DNA of 64,000 nt from Chlamydiia bacterium (GTDB lineage Bacteria > Chlamydiota > Chlamydiia > Chlamydiales > Rhabdochlamydiaceae): NCBI GenBank assembly GCA_963804085.1, contig CAWDOQ010000016.1, positions 32,001 through 96,000 of the forward strand, read 5' to 3'. The position numbers were made by a program, and so were the translations under genes. The stretch's first letter is position 1. Each line of letters starts with the position of its first letter. Shown here piece by piece: positions 10,293-21,189 of this stretch. The notes below the pieces were generated by a model. The model was not told the DNA's origin, ran no database searches, and saw only the letters and a program-made list of their open reading frames with translations.

Positions 10293-10412
10293 CCCAAGTT
10301 AAGACCGTTGCATTACTTATTGAGCTTTCTTCCTCTGTGGCCTCCTGTCTCGATTTTAGGTAATTTTTAAGCAGTAACCATCAGGAGAATCAGCTTTTCT
10401 AATTAGCCCAAA

Positions 10413-10690
10413 AATTTCATAAACGCAGAGAAAAAAACGAGACACTAAAACGCTGAGAAATGCGAGGGACTTAAACAGAATGCATAGGAGCTCCAATCGT
10501 CCCTTTTGAACGAAGTTCAAACAGTAGAAGAACGAAATGTTTTTTAGAAAGCAAGGAAGCTAATCACCGGAAAAAACCATTAAACTTCCTTGCTTTCTAA
10601 AAAACATTTCGTTCTTCTACTGTTTACTATGTAAAAGGGGAGATCTCAGCGTCTTAGTGTCTCGGGCGTCTCCTCTGCGTTTATGAAATT
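10413..10690. repeat. Nested inverted-repeat (fold-back/MITE-like) element
   Basis: Perfect 41-bp IR 10519-10559/10585-10625 inside an imperfect IR 10413-10458/10644-10690. Confidence 0.8.
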
Positions 10691-10761
10691 GAAGAACATC
10701 CTGCGTAAACGCAGGAGATTCTCCCCATGTATTGATTCTGCTATGAGTTATGCAGTATCTA

Positions 10762-11433
10762 TTACTTAACGACAGCCCAGATCTTGTACTTCTTCGAAGA
10801 TTTGATGAGAGCGACAGGCTTGTTCTTGCTTCGGAAAAAGTCGGTCACAGCCGCGGCTACCTCGGGCATCCAGTAGTCATCACCCGCCATCGTTCCTCCC
10901 CTCTTGAGCTTCGGGTACCACTGCTTAAGGTCGTTTAGCACCTGCTCATAGCGATGATTGCCATCGATAAAGATGCAGTCGAGGCTCTCATCGGCAAAGT
11001 CTAAAGCTGCTTCCACAGAAGGCTTACGGATCAGTGTGAATTTGGATTTGTACTTCTCCAAGCGGATATCTTTGATCCAAGAGTGCAGAAAATCAAAGTT
11101 GGTCTGCCCATCGTGCTTGTCGCTAAGCGTTCCAATCGTCCCATTAAACCCATCTGTCACATCGTAGTTATACTGGAAGGGATCCACGCCATAGTAAGCA
11201 TCGATGTTGCAGCTCTTTAGAATCTGTTCTGCATGTCCGCCATAGCCCAGTCCCACCTCTACGATCTTCTTGTATCCCCTCTCCTTGATCAGCTTTGGCA
11301 TCACATCATAGTAGAGTCCGCGCCAAGCCGATCCAGAATCCATCTGCTCCAGCTTACTCACCACATTCTGCGGCACATCATGCGCCATAAGCGTCAAGGG
11401 CAAGAGCAAGAGAAACAAGAGCTGCTTTTTCAT
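10762..11433 (-). CDS. Class I SAM-dependent methyltransferase (Methyltransf_24-like) with signal peptide
   Basis: VEVGLGYGG, GVDPF, IFIDGNHRYE and GDDY motifs; MKKQLLFLLLLPLTLMA leader. Confidence 0.8.
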   Translation of the reverse strand: MKKQLLFLLLLPLTLMAHDVPQNVVSKLEQMDSGSAWRGLYYDVMPKLIKERGYKKIVEVGLGYGGHAEQILKSCNIDAYYGVDPFQYNYDVTDGFNGTIGTLSDKHDGQTNFDFLHSWIKDIRLEKYKSKFTLIRKPSVEAALDFADESLDCIFIDGNHRYEQVLNDLKQWYPKLKRGGTMAGDDYWMPEVAAAVTDFFRSKNKPVALIKSSKKYKIWAVVK

Positions 11434-11551
11434 TGGCCGAGGTCTCCTTTGTAAAATCAGGCAACTCTACAAAAGCGCCCAAAATCAAGCAATGAGATTT
11501 TATTTGCTCGCTTGCTTGCTCTTTTTATTCACATCTTCTAAAAGGAGGGAT

Positions 11552-14197
11552 ATGCCCGAAAGCGCACACGAACAGTCACGCCTAAAAGAGCCCTTCACAA
11601 CCGTGGTTCCCCCTTGGCAAAAGTGGGGGCCCTACGTAGCTGAAAGAGCTTGGGGAACGGTGCGCGAAGATTACAGCTGGAATGGAGACGCTTGGAGCTA
11701 TTTTCCTCAAGACAAGGCGATCTCAAAAGTCTTTCGTTGGGGAGAAGATGGGATCGCGGGCTGGTGCGACCGGTATCAAGTGATTGCGTTTGCTCCTGCT
11801 TTTTGGAATGGCAAAGACCCGATCTTAAAAGAGAGGCTGTTTGGATTATCTGCGCATGAAGGGAACCATGCCGAGGATGTGAAAGAGTGCTACTACCACC
11901 TCGATGGGACGCCTACCCACTCCTACATGAAATACCTCTACAAGTATCCGCAAAATCGGTTTCCCTATGAAGAGCTCGTGCAGGAAAACCAAAAAAGAGC
12001 AACGAATCAGCCGGAGTATGAGCTAGTCGATACAGGGGTTTTTGCAGACAACCGCTACTTCGATATTTTTATCGAGTATGCTAAGGGATCACCTGAAGAT
12101 ATTTGCATTAAGATAGAGGCATTTAACCGCTCATCAGAAGAGTCCTCTTTGGATATTATCCCCCACCTCTGGTTCCGCAACCAGTGGACATGGGGAGATA
12201 CGCCTCTTCCCGAACCGACCATTGTAAAGGGCTCGAAAACTAAAGATGCTTTATGTCTGGTTGCTGATGACAGCAAGATGCTCTCTCCTCCTAGCCTTAC
12301 GTTTGATTACCATCTGGGAAAACGCTTTCTCTATGCATCTCTTGGCGCAGAATCTCTATTTACCAACAATGAGAACCACTGGGCCAATCACAGCTATTTC
12401 AAAGATGGGTTCCACAAAAAAATCGTCCATAAAGAGAACACAACCAATCCCGAAGAGAAGGGTACAAAGGCGTGTTTTCACTACTCAAAAAAAATCGCTC
12501 CCCATGAGTCTTATGTTGTCTATTTGAGGCTTACGCCTCAGGAGATGGCGCATCCACTCGAAGATATCGAATCCATTATCCAAAAGAGAAAAAAAGAGGC
12601 GGACGCATTCTACGAGACCGTGCATCCCAAAAAAGCAACAGCTGAAGAGAAGATGATCCAGAGACAGGCATTTGCAGGGCTTCTTTGGAGTAAGCAGATC
12701 TACCTTTACGATGTCAATGCCTGGCTAGAGGGCGATAGCGGCTATGCGCGTCCTCCGGATACGCGCCTTGCCATTCGCAACCAGCACTGGCGCCATCTCA
12801 ACTCGATGCGCATCCTCTGCATGCCGGATAAGTGGGAGTACCCCTGGTTTGCGGCCTGGGACCTTGCCTTCCACTGCGTGACGCTTGCTCTCATCGATAT
12901 GGAATTTGCAAAAGAGCAGCTCTGGCTGCTTATGTTCGATCAGTTCCAACATCCCAATGGACAGATCCCCGCTTACGAGTGGGAATTCTCCGATCTCAAT
13001 CCTCCCGTTCAGGCTTGGGCAGCTCTGCGTATCTATGCGATGGAAAAGGAGCGCTTTGGCAGAGAGGATCGCGAGTTTTTAAAACGCTGCTTGCCCAAGC
13101 TACTGATGAATTTTGCATGGTGGGTAAACCGAGTCGATAGCGCCGGCAATAACGTCTTCGAAGGGGGATTTTTAGGCCTAGATAATATCGCCCTCATCGA
13201 CCGCTCTACAAAATTTGCAGAGGGGGTACGCCTGCAGCAGTCGGATGGAACGGGGTGGATGGCGATGTTCTGCCTCAACTTGATGCGTATCTCTCTTGAG
13301 CTTGCACAAGACGATCCCACCTACGAGTCGCTTGCGACAAAGTTTTTTCAACACTTCATCTACATCGCCCACGCGATGAAGATGCGCGGCAACCAGCGTT
13401 ACGAACTCTGGAGCGAAAAAGATGGCTTTTTTTACGACGTGCTCACCTTCCCCGACGGCCAGTTTGCCAAGTGCCGCATCCGCTCCCTTGTAGGGCTTAT
13501 CCCCCTTTACGCCGTAGATATTTTAGACGAAGACGAACTGGAAAAATTTCCGGAGTTTCGCAGAAATTTCGAATGGTTCATCCAGATGCGCTCTAAACTC
13601 GTAGAAGACTGCATCATTCTAACTACGCATGAGAAGAAAAAGAGATACGTCTTAACTCTAGTCGACCAAGAGCATCTTTCACGCATCTTGCGCTATGTCT
13701 GGGATCCCAAAGAATTTAGATCAGAGTTCGGGCTAAGAAGTCTATCAAAAATCCACGAAGGCAACCCCTTCGTCTTTAAAGATAGATCGATCGGCTATGA
13801 GCCCGCAGAATCCCTCTACAAAGTAAAAGGCGGCAACTCCAACTGGCGCGGCCCCATCTGGTTTCCGACAAGCTATCTTCTCATCCAGTCGCTTAGAACA
13901 TTCGGCAACGCTTTTAAAGAGGAGATCAAAATAGAGCTGCCAGATGAAAAAGCGGCCGACCTCAAAACAATGGCCCACTCCTTCAGCGACCGGCTAATCT
14001 CCCTTTTCAAAAAAGACAGCAAGGGGATCCGCCCCTTTTTGGGCCACCAGTTTCCCTTCGCCAAAGACCCCCACTGGAAAGACCACATCCTCTTCTATGA
14101 GTACTACCACGGAGACAACGGCAAGGGCCTCGGCGCCTCCCACCAGACCGGCTGGAGCGCGCTTGTCGCCAATCTCATCGACGAGCACCACCGCTAA
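11552..14197 (+). CDS. GH63/MGH1-like glucosidase (YMR196W-like family)
   Basis: [43 protein letters not shown] and GASHQTGW motifs; SD aggagg before ATG 11552. Confidence 0.85.
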   Translation: MPESAHEQSRLKEPFTTVVPPWQKWGPYVAERAWGTVREDYSWNGDAWSYFPQDKAISKVFRWGEDGIAGWCDRYQVIAFAPAFWNGKDPILKERLFGLSAHEGNHAEDVKECYYHLDGTPTHSYMKYLYKYPQNRFPYEELVQENQKRATNQPEYELVDTGVFADNRYFDIFIEYAKGSPEDICIKIEAFNRSSEESSLDIIPHLWFRNQWTWGDTPLPEPTIVKGSKTKDALCLVADDSKMLSPPSLTFDYHLGKRFLYASLGAESLFTNNENHWANHSYFKDGFHKKIVHKENTTNPEEKGTKACFHYSKKIAPHESYVVYLRLTPQEMAHPLEDIESIIQKRKKEADAFYETVHPKKATAEEKMIQRQAFAGLLWSKQIYLYDVNAWLEGDSGYARPPDTRLAIRNQHWRHLNSMRILCMPDKWEYPWFAAWDLAFHCVTLALIDMEFAKEQLWLLMFDQFQHPNGQIPAYEWEFSDLNPPVQAWAALRIYAMEKERFGREDREFLKRCLPKLLMNFAWWVNRVDSAGNNVFEGGFLGLDNIALIDRSTKFAEGVRLQQSDGTGWMAMFCLNLMRISLELAQDDPTYESLATKFFQHFIYIAHAMKMRGNQRYELWSEKDGFFYDVLTFPDGQFAKCRIRSLVGLIPLYAVDILDEDELEKFPEFRRNFEWFIQMRSKLVEDCIILTTHEKKKRYVLTLVDQEHLSRILRYVWDPKEFRSEFGLRSLSKIHEGNPFVFKDRSIGYEPAESLYKVKGGNSNWRGPIWFPTSYLLIQSLRTFGNAFKEEIKIELPDEKAADLKTMAHSFSDRLISLFKKDSKGIRPFLGHQFPFAKDPHWKDHILFYEYYHGDNGKGLGASHQTGWSALVANLIDEHHR

Positions 14198-15066
14198 TGG
14201 ACACTCCAATTTGCGTTTTTCAATCGGAAGCAATTCTTGGTGAATCTCCGATATGGGATAGAGAAAAGCAGCTTCTCTTTTGGGTAGATACACCTTCTTG
14301 CATAGTGTATAGCTTCGACCCTTCTACGAGAGAAGCCAGCCGCCGTTCTTTTCCAGAGCCCATAGCCGCCATTTCATTGAGAAAGCAAGGAGGCTTAATC
14401 CTAGTAATGCGAAACCGTGTTGGAGCTTTTGATGGCAAAAAGACAACAACCCTAGTAAGTTTACAAGAAAATCCTCTAGTGAATTACCTGAACGACGCAA
14501 AATGTGACAGACGAGGCCGCCTTTGGTGTGGGACAAAAAATCATCTATCTCCAGGAACTCCCTCTGCAGCTCTCTATTACTTGGATGCAGAACATCATCT
14601 ACATTGTGCACAAAAACAGGTGGCTCAATCAAACGGTACGGGATGGAGTCCAGATAATAAAATCCTGTATCACACTGAAACGATGCACCACACAATTTTC
14701 GCCTATGATTTCGATAGCTCAACGGCGTCTTTATCTAATCGAAGAACTTTTGCAAAAATTGATCCCAAAGATGGGGTGCCCGATGGCCTGACAGTAGATG
14801 CAGAAGGATGTGTGTGGAGTGCGCTATATGGTAAGGGAAAAATCATGCGCTTTACGCCAAATGGCAAGCAGGACCGTGTTGTTCAACTGATAGTACCTCA
14901 TGTCACAAATTGCACGTTTGGCGGCAATAAATTAGACACTCTTTACATCACCACTGCTAGAGAAAATTTATCGGATAGTGAAGTTCGAAACTACCCATTA
15001 TCTGGAAGCATATTTGCGCTCAAAGCAGGCGTCGTAGGGTTGCCCGAACCAAGGTACGCGGGCTAA
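14197..15066 (+). CDS. SMP-30/gluconolactonase/LRE family protein
   Basis: LGESPIW, NDAKCD, SNGTGWSPD and PDGLTVD motifs. Confidence 0.9.
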   Translation: MDTPICVFQSEAILGESPIWDREKQLLFWVDTPSCIVYSFDPSTREASRRSFPEPIAAISLRKQGGLILVMRNRVGAFDGKKTTTLVSLQENPLVNYLNDAKCDRRGRLWCGTKNHLSPGTPSAALYYLDAEHHLHCAQKQVAQSNGTGWSPDNKILYHTETMHHTIFAYDFDSSTASLSNRRTFAKIDPKDGVPDGLTVDAEGCVWSALYGKGKIMRFTPNGKQDRVVQLIVPHVTNCTFGGNKLDTLYITTARENLSDSEVRNYPLSGSIFALKAGVVGLPEPRYAG

Positions 15067-15070
15067 AACT

Positions 15071-15469
15071 TTAAGTCTTGATATGTCCGCCAAATGCGAG
15101 AAATTCTACCATCTCCTCTCCCGTATTGATGATAGAATGAGGAGTGTGCGTGGGTATGTAGATCGCATCCCCTTCTCTAAACTGGCTTGTCTCCTTGCCA
15201 ATTTTAATCGTGCCCTTACCTGCTATGATGTAATACACCTCTTCGTGATCGGCATGCTCATGAGATTCATAAGCAAGAGTAGGTTGCAAGCGTGCTAAAG
15301 AAACATAGGTAATCGTCTTTAAACAGCGAAATTTCGCTTCCACTTCCGCTTCAATGTCACCATGAGTTTTAGGCCCTGCCATAGAGAGCAGTCTCCAATC
15401 CAATCCAGCTTTGTGCGCAATCGTCGGATGTGCATTACGCCAGTTTTTTATTATCATAAACCTCCTCAT
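15071..15469 (-). CDS. Cupin domain protein
   Basis: HEHADHEEVYYIIAGKG and GDAIYIPTHTPHSI cupin motifs. Confidence 0.85.
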   Translation of the reverse strand: MRRFMIIKNWRNAHPTIAHKAGLDWRLLSMAGPKTHGDIEAEVEAKFRCLKTITYVSLARLQPTLAYESHEHADHEEVYYIIAGKGTIKIGKETSQFREGDAIYIPTHTPHSIINTGEEMVEFLAFGGHIKT

Positions 15470-17741
15470 AGCTTATTTTTTTTGGCTTGTCATTCACATA
15501 AATAGTAATGGGCTTGCCTTCAAGAAGTTTTACGCTCATTTCCTCATGGCTGATCGCAACAAGTAACCGTCTTCCTTTGAAATACAAGGTAAATTCTAGT
15601 GTTTCCCACTTTTTAGGCAGAAGCGGGCGAAGATGCAGATGATCTTTAATTATCCGGAGTCCTGCAAAACCATAAGTGCAGCACATCCACGTTCCACCAA
15701 GACATGCCGTGTGGAGACCATAATAAGTGTTATGGAGAATGTCATCGAGATCCAAACGGGCAGTTTGTTGAAAATAGTCAAACGCTTTTTTGCGATCTTT
15801 AATTCGCGAAGCCATAATGCTGAAAATAGAGTGAGACAACGACGAGTCGTGAGTGGTGATTTTCTCGTAGTAGTGATAGCTATTCTTCATGATATCAAAA
15901 GTGGTTTCCTCTTCTCGCAACATATGTGCAAGAGTGGTATCCGCTTGTCCAGAAATTTGGAAACGGTTGAGGAATAGAGGTGGATAGTGAATGAAAAGGG
16001 GATAATTTTGTTTCGGAGTCTTTTTGAAATCCCAACGTTTTTTAGTTAAAAAAGAATCATCTTCTGCACAAATTTGTAAGCGTTTGTCAAAAGGAAGCTT
16101 CATATTCTTAGCTGCAAGCAGAAACTCTTTGATCTCACTTTCCTGGAACTGGATCTTTTTCTTTAGTTTAGCAAATTCCTGCGGCTTTTTCTTTTTTAGC
16201 AAATCCCACACCTGCTTACATGCAGTGAAGTGAAATTTGGTCATGAGATTTGTGTAATAGTTGTTGTTTATCAGGACAGAATATTCATCAGGACCTGTCA
16301 CAATATTGAGTACGAAAGTACCATCTGCACAAAAATTACCCGCGTCATACATCACTCTTGCAGTCTCTAGGATGATTTCCGCTCCAAAATCTGCTAGGAA
16401 ATCCAGATCCTCTGTGACCTGATAGTATTGCATCACAGCATAGGCAATATCGGGATTGATGTGATATTTAGCGCTACCGAGTGGATAATATTGAGCGCAC
16501 TCTGATCCGGTCATTGTCCGCCAAGGGAACAGAGCGCCCTTCGGATGGCACATCTCTTTTGCTCGCTTTTTTGCCGCGGGCAAGGTGTTATAGCGGAAAA
16601 GAAGCAGTTTTTTTGCAAATTGCGGATGGGTGAAGAGGAAAAATGGAACCATGTAGATCTCTGTATCCCAATAGTAATGGCCTTCATAACCCGTACCGGA
16701 CAACCCTTTGGCCCCTATGTTTGTAATGCCATCTGTGCCTGCAGACTGGAGAAGTTGATACATGCTATATCTCAACGCAGCTTGATTCGAAGGATCGCCC
16801 TCGATAAGGACATCCGCATATTGCCAAAATTTATCAAGGTATTTTTTTTGTAGTCTTGCGTAGTGCGAAAAGCCATTTTTTATTACCTGCTGCATAACTT
16901 TTTTATTGTCATTCAGCACATCTTTATGACGCCTACTCTCTGTATAAACCGCGTATTTATCAAATTCTACAACCTCTTTTGGGCGCACAGAAACCTCGTA
17001 ATCAAAAACGACCTCTCGTTCTCTTATAAAAAGCTCATGCTTGCCCTGTTTGGAGAGATGGTGTGCCACACTGCAGGCTAAATGGAGATTGGACTTCTTG
17101 GTCTTAGACAAAACATAACCGATATTGTCTTCTTTGAAGACCTTTTCTGTATCCATACACACTTTAGCTGCATTGCCAACACGCAAATCTATTTTTCCCG
17201 AGGCATCGTAGGGAATGGAGACAACTTGATTCGTATTACTCACTGTTGAACTCAGCCTGATTTTACCAGTAAAATTAACGCTCTCGATAACATAATGAAT
17301 GATGAACAGCTCCCTTTGCTCGAAAGAAACAAAGCGCTGGATAGTAAGCTTAACTCTTTTTTTGTGAGGAGACTCCCAATCCACAGTCCGGGTGACCACC
17401 CCGTCTCGCATATTTAACGTTCTTTCATAACCTAAAACTGTACCGTCAAATAGTGAGAACTTCTCATCATCGAGCCAAAGCTCGATAGTCTGAGCATCTG
17501 TGAGGTTAATTATAGTCTCGGTAAAGTCAGGATCTGCTGGGTTTTTTCTATTATATTGGATTGGATACTGCTCATAAAAACCATTGATGTAACAGCCGCG
17601 TGTAGAGGGAATTCCTTTACCAATACCTTCCTCAAAACTGCCTCTAACACTGAGGTAGCCATTAGCTGTATGAAAAAGCGTTTCATTACCCTGTATCTTG
17701 TCTTTTTCTAGCTTTCGTTCATAAATTTCCCAAGCTTTCAT
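15435..17741 (-). CDS. Glycoside hydrolase family 65 (disaccharide phosphorylase/hydrolase)
   Basis: ANGYLSVRG, AKGLSGTGYEGHYYWDTE, TGPDEY and HDSSLS motifs. Confidence 0.9.
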   Translation of the reverse strand: MKAWEIYERKLEKDKIQGNETLFHTANGYLSVRGSFEEGIGKGIPSTRGCYINGFYEQYPIQYNRKNPADPDFTETIINLTDAQTIELWLDDEKFSLFDGTVLGYERTLNMRDGVVTRTVDWESPHKKRVKLTIQRFVSFEQRELFIIHYVIESVNFTGKIRLSSTVSNTNQVVSIPYDASGKIDLRVGNAAKVCMDTEKVFKEDNIGYVLSKTKKSNLHLACSVAHHLSKQGKHELFIREREVVFDYEVSVRPKEVVEFDKYAVYTESRRHKDVLNDNKKVMQQVIKNGFSHYARLQKKYLDKFWQYADVLIEGDPSNQAALRYSMYQLLQSAGTDGITNIGAKGLSGTGYEGHYYWDTEIYMVPFFLFTHPQFAKKLLLFRYNTLPAAKKRAKEMCHPKGALFPWRTMTGSECAQYYPLGSAKYHINPDIAYAVMQYYQVTEDLDFLADFGAEIILETARVMYDAGNFCADGTFVLNIVTGPDEYSVLINNNYYTNLMTKFHFTACKQVWDLLKKKKPQEFAKLKKKIQFQESEIKEFLLAAKNMKLPFDKRLQICAEDDSFLTKKRWDFKKTPKQNYPLFIHYPPLFLNRFQISGQADTTLAHMLREEETTFDIMKNSYHYYEKITTHDSSLSHSIFSIMASRIKDRKKAFDYFQQTARLDLDDILHNTYYGLHTACLGGTWMCCTYGFAGLRIIKDHLHLRPLLPKKWETLEFTLYFKGRRLLVAISHEEMSVKLLEGKPITIYVNDKPKKISYEEVYDNKKLA

Positions 17742-17751
17742 ATTTTCACCT

Positions 17752-19065
17752 TTATTTTTCTTGATCGCTGATGCGGAGATTAAAAACTGCTGCTACAATA
17801 AAAAGGAAGCCGGCAAAAGAAACGACTTCAACGACATGATTATTTAACAGATGTTTGATGATGGGTGCTAATGAGAGTCCGGCGATAATTTGAGCCGAAG
17901 TAACGCCTACGTTGAATATTCCCAAATAGAGTCCCATTTTCTCTTTTGCTAGGTTCGATGCTACCATGGCAAAGTGAATGGGAGCGCTACTCCCCCAAGC
18001 AAATCCTAGAGCAATTGCTGCAGGTATGAAATACTGGGATGGATTGAGCATAATCGCAAGCAAGCCGAGCCCCGCAATCACCAAGTTAATAGACAGCAGT
18101 TTTTTTCGATGTATATATCGGGTGAAGATGGGAATCATTATGGCTGTAAATAAGCTGCTCAACTGAAAACAGACAAAGCATAGGCTACTATAAACCGTAG
18201 CTTTTTCTGCGATCGCCTTATATTGGGGATTTGCCATGACATCTGCGCCAGGCGGCAGACCCAATATTTCTGCAATGCTGAGATTGAAATAAGCCAAGAA
18301 AATAAAATAACCAGACCAGATGAAAAACTCTGTGATTGAGATCTGTCTCAACACTTTAGGCATCGCAAAGAAGTGGCTCAAAATATCGCGGAAGCCTGTG
18401 AATAGGGCAAGCTTGCCCTCTACTTTCTTTATCGGATCTGTCGCTTCTGGAGTTCTGATGCACGTCCAGGCGCCTGTACATACAGCAACTGCACCGCAAA
18501 TAAAAAAGGCGATAGCAAGAAATGTAGGCTGATGAACCAACGGAATGCTCGTATTTGGGTTGAGCCATTTATTTAAAAGCCATGGAAGTGCAGAAGCACA
18601 AGTGGCGCCAATACCCAAAAAAATAGCCTGCACGGAAAAACCAAAGGTAAGCTGATGCTTGGGTATGGTCTCTGCGACTAAAGAACGCATAGGTACTTGC
18701 GCTAAGTTGACGACAGCCACCAATAATCCTAAAACTATGGCACTCGACAAAAGCGATCCACAAAAAGGCAGCAAAAAGCTGAAAAGCAAAATGGATAGGA
18801 TAGCTATCAGAATATAGGGTCTTCTTTTTCCGTATTTGCTCACCGTGCGATCGCTTACATGTCCAATTATAGGTTGCAGGATAAGCCCTACCATAGGTGG
18901 AATGAGCCAAAGATAGGCAACCATTGAAGGTTCTGCCCCTAGAAAGACGAAAACCATACTCGTATATGGGTAAAAAATGGCGGTACAAAATGCTATTCCT
19001 AAGAGGCCAAAGTTAACGTTGATGATGTGGCTAAGGCTTGCTCTCGGCTCTATTTTAGGATCCAT
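17752..19065 (-). CDS. MFS sugar transporter (maltose/sucrose-type)
   Basis: QPIIGHVSDRT-GKRRPY and MGLYLGIFN motifs; 12 TM segments. Confidence 0.85.
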   Translation of the reverse strand: MDPKIEPRASLSHIINVNFGLLGIAFCTAIFYPYTSMVFVFLGAEPSMVAYLWLIPPMVGLILQPIIGHVSDRTVSKYGKRRPYILIAILSILLFSFLLPFCGSLLSSAIVLGLLVAVVNLAQVPMRSLVAETIPKHQLTFGFSVQAIFLGIGATCASALPWLLNKWLNPNTSIPLVHQPTFLAIAFFICGAVAVCTGAWTCIRTPEATDPIKKVEGKLALFTGFRDILSHFFAMPKVLRQISITEFFIWSGYFIFLAYFNLSIAEILGLPPGADVMANPQYKAIAEKATVYSSLCFVCFQLSSLFTAIMIPIFTRYIHRKKLLSINLVIAGLGLLAIMLNPSQYFIPAAIALGFAWGSSAPIHFAMVASNLAKEKMGLYLGIFNVGVTSAQIIAGLSLAPIIKHLLNNHVVEVVSFAGFLFIVAAVFNLRISDQEK

Positions 19066-20020
19066 AGACTCTCTTAATGACAGCTTCCGTTTCTTTTAGG
19101 TTTTTAAAGACGCTAAAGTCTGTCCCTTGCGTGCGAAAAGCGCCGCAAATATTGCCATACTGACAAGCTTTGATCAGATTTTTAGTTTTTAAGTAACCAA
19201 AGCCCAGGCCTCCATTGAATGAATCGCCGCATCCTGTTGTGTCTACGACGTGATCTACTTTCATAGCTGGGACCAGCTCATGTTTGAGCACTCCTCCCTC
19301 CTTGTAAAATGCATGGCAGCCTGTTGTATCGGCTGTGACGACCAACGATTTAAGTCCGAGAGAGAAAAAGGAGGCAGCTACCTCCTCCATGGGCACTTTC
19401 TTCTTATCGGTAAGCTCTTGCCAACCATACTCTTTTTTATACCTGCAGTTTTCTAGCTCTTCTCTATTCATTTTTAAGATATCTATGTAAGGCAACCATG
19501 CTTCCACATCGACCCAAGCCTTTAGTGCGCGATCCCCTTTCGTTGTCACGGTACATGTTGGTCCATGCGCATCAAAAATAATGGTTCCTTTAGAATTTTT
19601 TTTGAGATAGCTGACAGTTTCTAAACCTACTTCAAAATCTGTAACGGGAAGGATGATAAACATATCGCAATCGAGTAGATCTTCTAGATCAGTGGGTCTG
19701 ATTGGATGCATAAAGCCGCACTGTTTTTCTAGACGCTTATTTTGATCGACAAACTTAAGTTCGATGATGTCTCCCCTGTCATGTTCGCTCTCAATGTGGC
19801 TTAGGTCGACATTTGAATAGTCAGAAAAGATATCGCCAATTGCATCAAGGTCCTTCTTGCGCACATGTGTTACCGGAATAATCCTATCGCTCTCTTGCAA
19901 TAATTTAGCGAGGATGATGACGGTGTGAGTGATCGCTCCATAACGCGTGATATGCTTGTTTTGATAGGTTGTGATGGAGTCCCTAGGAATCGGACCTAAT
20001 ACAGCGATTTTATATGGCAT
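19055..20020 (-). CDS. PfkB family carbohydrate kinase
   Basis: VVDTTGCGDSFNGG signature; LKMNREE. Confidence 0.9.
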   Translation of the reverse strand: MPYKIAVLGPIPRDSITTYQNKHITRYGAITHTVIILAKLLQESDRIIPVTHVRKKDLDAIGDIFSDYSNVDLSHIESEHDRGDIIELKFVDQNKRLEKQCGFMHPIRPTDLEDLLDCDMFIILPVTDFEVGLETVSYLKKNSKGTIIFDAHGPTCTVTTKGDRALKAWVDVEAWLPYIDILKMNREELENCRYKKEYGWQELTDKKKVPMEEVAASFFSLGLKSLVVTADTTGCHAFYKEGGVLKHELVPAMKVDHVVDTTGCGDSFNGGLGFGYLKTKNLIKACQYGNICGAFRTQGTDFSVFKNLKETEAVIKRVYGS

Positions 20021-21134
20021 ATTTTTCCCCGTTTGTACTCCATGTAATCACGGTTTTTATCCCTTCTTTGTTCGCATGCAAGTCGGTTGTAGGGAATTTT
20101 TCGAAGGGGACTTGCGAGGTAAGAAGAGCTCCAAGCGCCTTATTCCATTTTAAACTAGCTTCATTAAGATCTTTGACCGCCATCTCCCAATGTTTTTTGG
20201 AAGCGTTAACACTTCCAAGAGCGATCTGATTTTTTAGGACAAAGTTATGAATCAGATGCCCGCCATTGATTTCAAAATGCTCATTGTGCGGAACACCGGT
20301 AAGCACGTAGCAGCCATTGATGGCCAATAGATCAAACAACTCAAATTCTAAACGAGCTGTTCCCGCTGCTTCAAAAATCAGGTCGATCTGTCCAAATTGT
20401 TCTGGTATCTCTTTGAGAGGAGTTTTTCTAGAATCGATGTAGGTACCTCCAATCTCCTCCACTATTTTGGCACGTGGGGAATTTGGTTCTACTCTATCAA
20501 CACCAACTACTTGAAAATTACGCAGACGGAGCACGATGCATGCAAGCAAACCAATAGGTCCTAAACCTGCAACGAGCGCTCTTTTGGTTTTGTACATCGA
20601 AGCATCATGCCAATCAGGAAGTCTCGCTTTCTGCACGTTGAGCAATTCATCGAGGGCCTTTTCTACGACAGATAGGGGCTCGGTTAAGACACCATAAACT
20701 CTTAAACTAAGAGGGGCTTTTACAACGTTCTTTTCTTGGTCAACGACATACTCTGCCATAAAACCATGGAGACCTTTGATGCCGCGTTCAAGATAGTCGC
20801 CACTTGAGCACATATCATAGCGCTTGTTCTGGCAAGAATAGCACTTCTCACAGCCTCTCCTAACCGTAACAATGCCAAGATCGCCCTTTTTAAAGTGGGT
20901 CACTTTTTTACCGACTTCAACCACCTCTCCGATCATCTCATGGCCGAGTATGAGTTCGGTTTCTCCTTGAGGGGGGTGGGCTCTTCCATGGACTCGGATA
21001 GCTTCGCGATCTGTGCCGCAAATGCCCACTTCTAGAACTTTCAGCTTTACTTCATCGTCAGTTTTAATTATGGGTTCAGGCTTGTCTTGAAGCGAAAGTT
21101 TATTCGTCTTTGTGTTGAATGCAATGACTTTCAA
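20010..21134 (-). CDS. Zn-dependent glucose 1-dehydrogenase (MDR family)
   Basis: GICGTD, LGHE, TVRRGC..C..C...DMC, ERGIKGLHGF, GLGPIG and GSVNA motifs. Confidence 0.85.
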   Translation of the reverse strand: MKVIAFNTKTNKLSLQDKPEPIIKTDDEVKLKVLEVGICGTDREAIRVHGRAHPPQGETELILGHEMIGEVVEVGKKVTHFKKGDLGIVTVRRGCEKCYSCQNKRYDMCSSGDYLERGIKGLHGFMAEYVVDQEKNVVKAPLSLRVYGVLTEPLSVVEKALDELLNVQKARLPDWHDASMYKTKRALVAGLGPIGLLACIVLRLRNFQVVGVDRVEPNSPRAKIVEEIGGTYIDSRKTPLKEIPEQFGQIDLIFEAAGTARLEFELFDLLAINGCYVLTGVPHNEHFEINGGHLIHNFVLKNQIALGSVNASKKHWEMAVKDLNEASLKWNKALGALLTSQVPFEKFPTTDLHANKEGIKTVITWSTNGEKYAI

Positions 21135-21189
21135 TTGAACTACCCCCCAACCCTCCTTTTAAGAACCCAGCAATATTATTGCAATGGGG

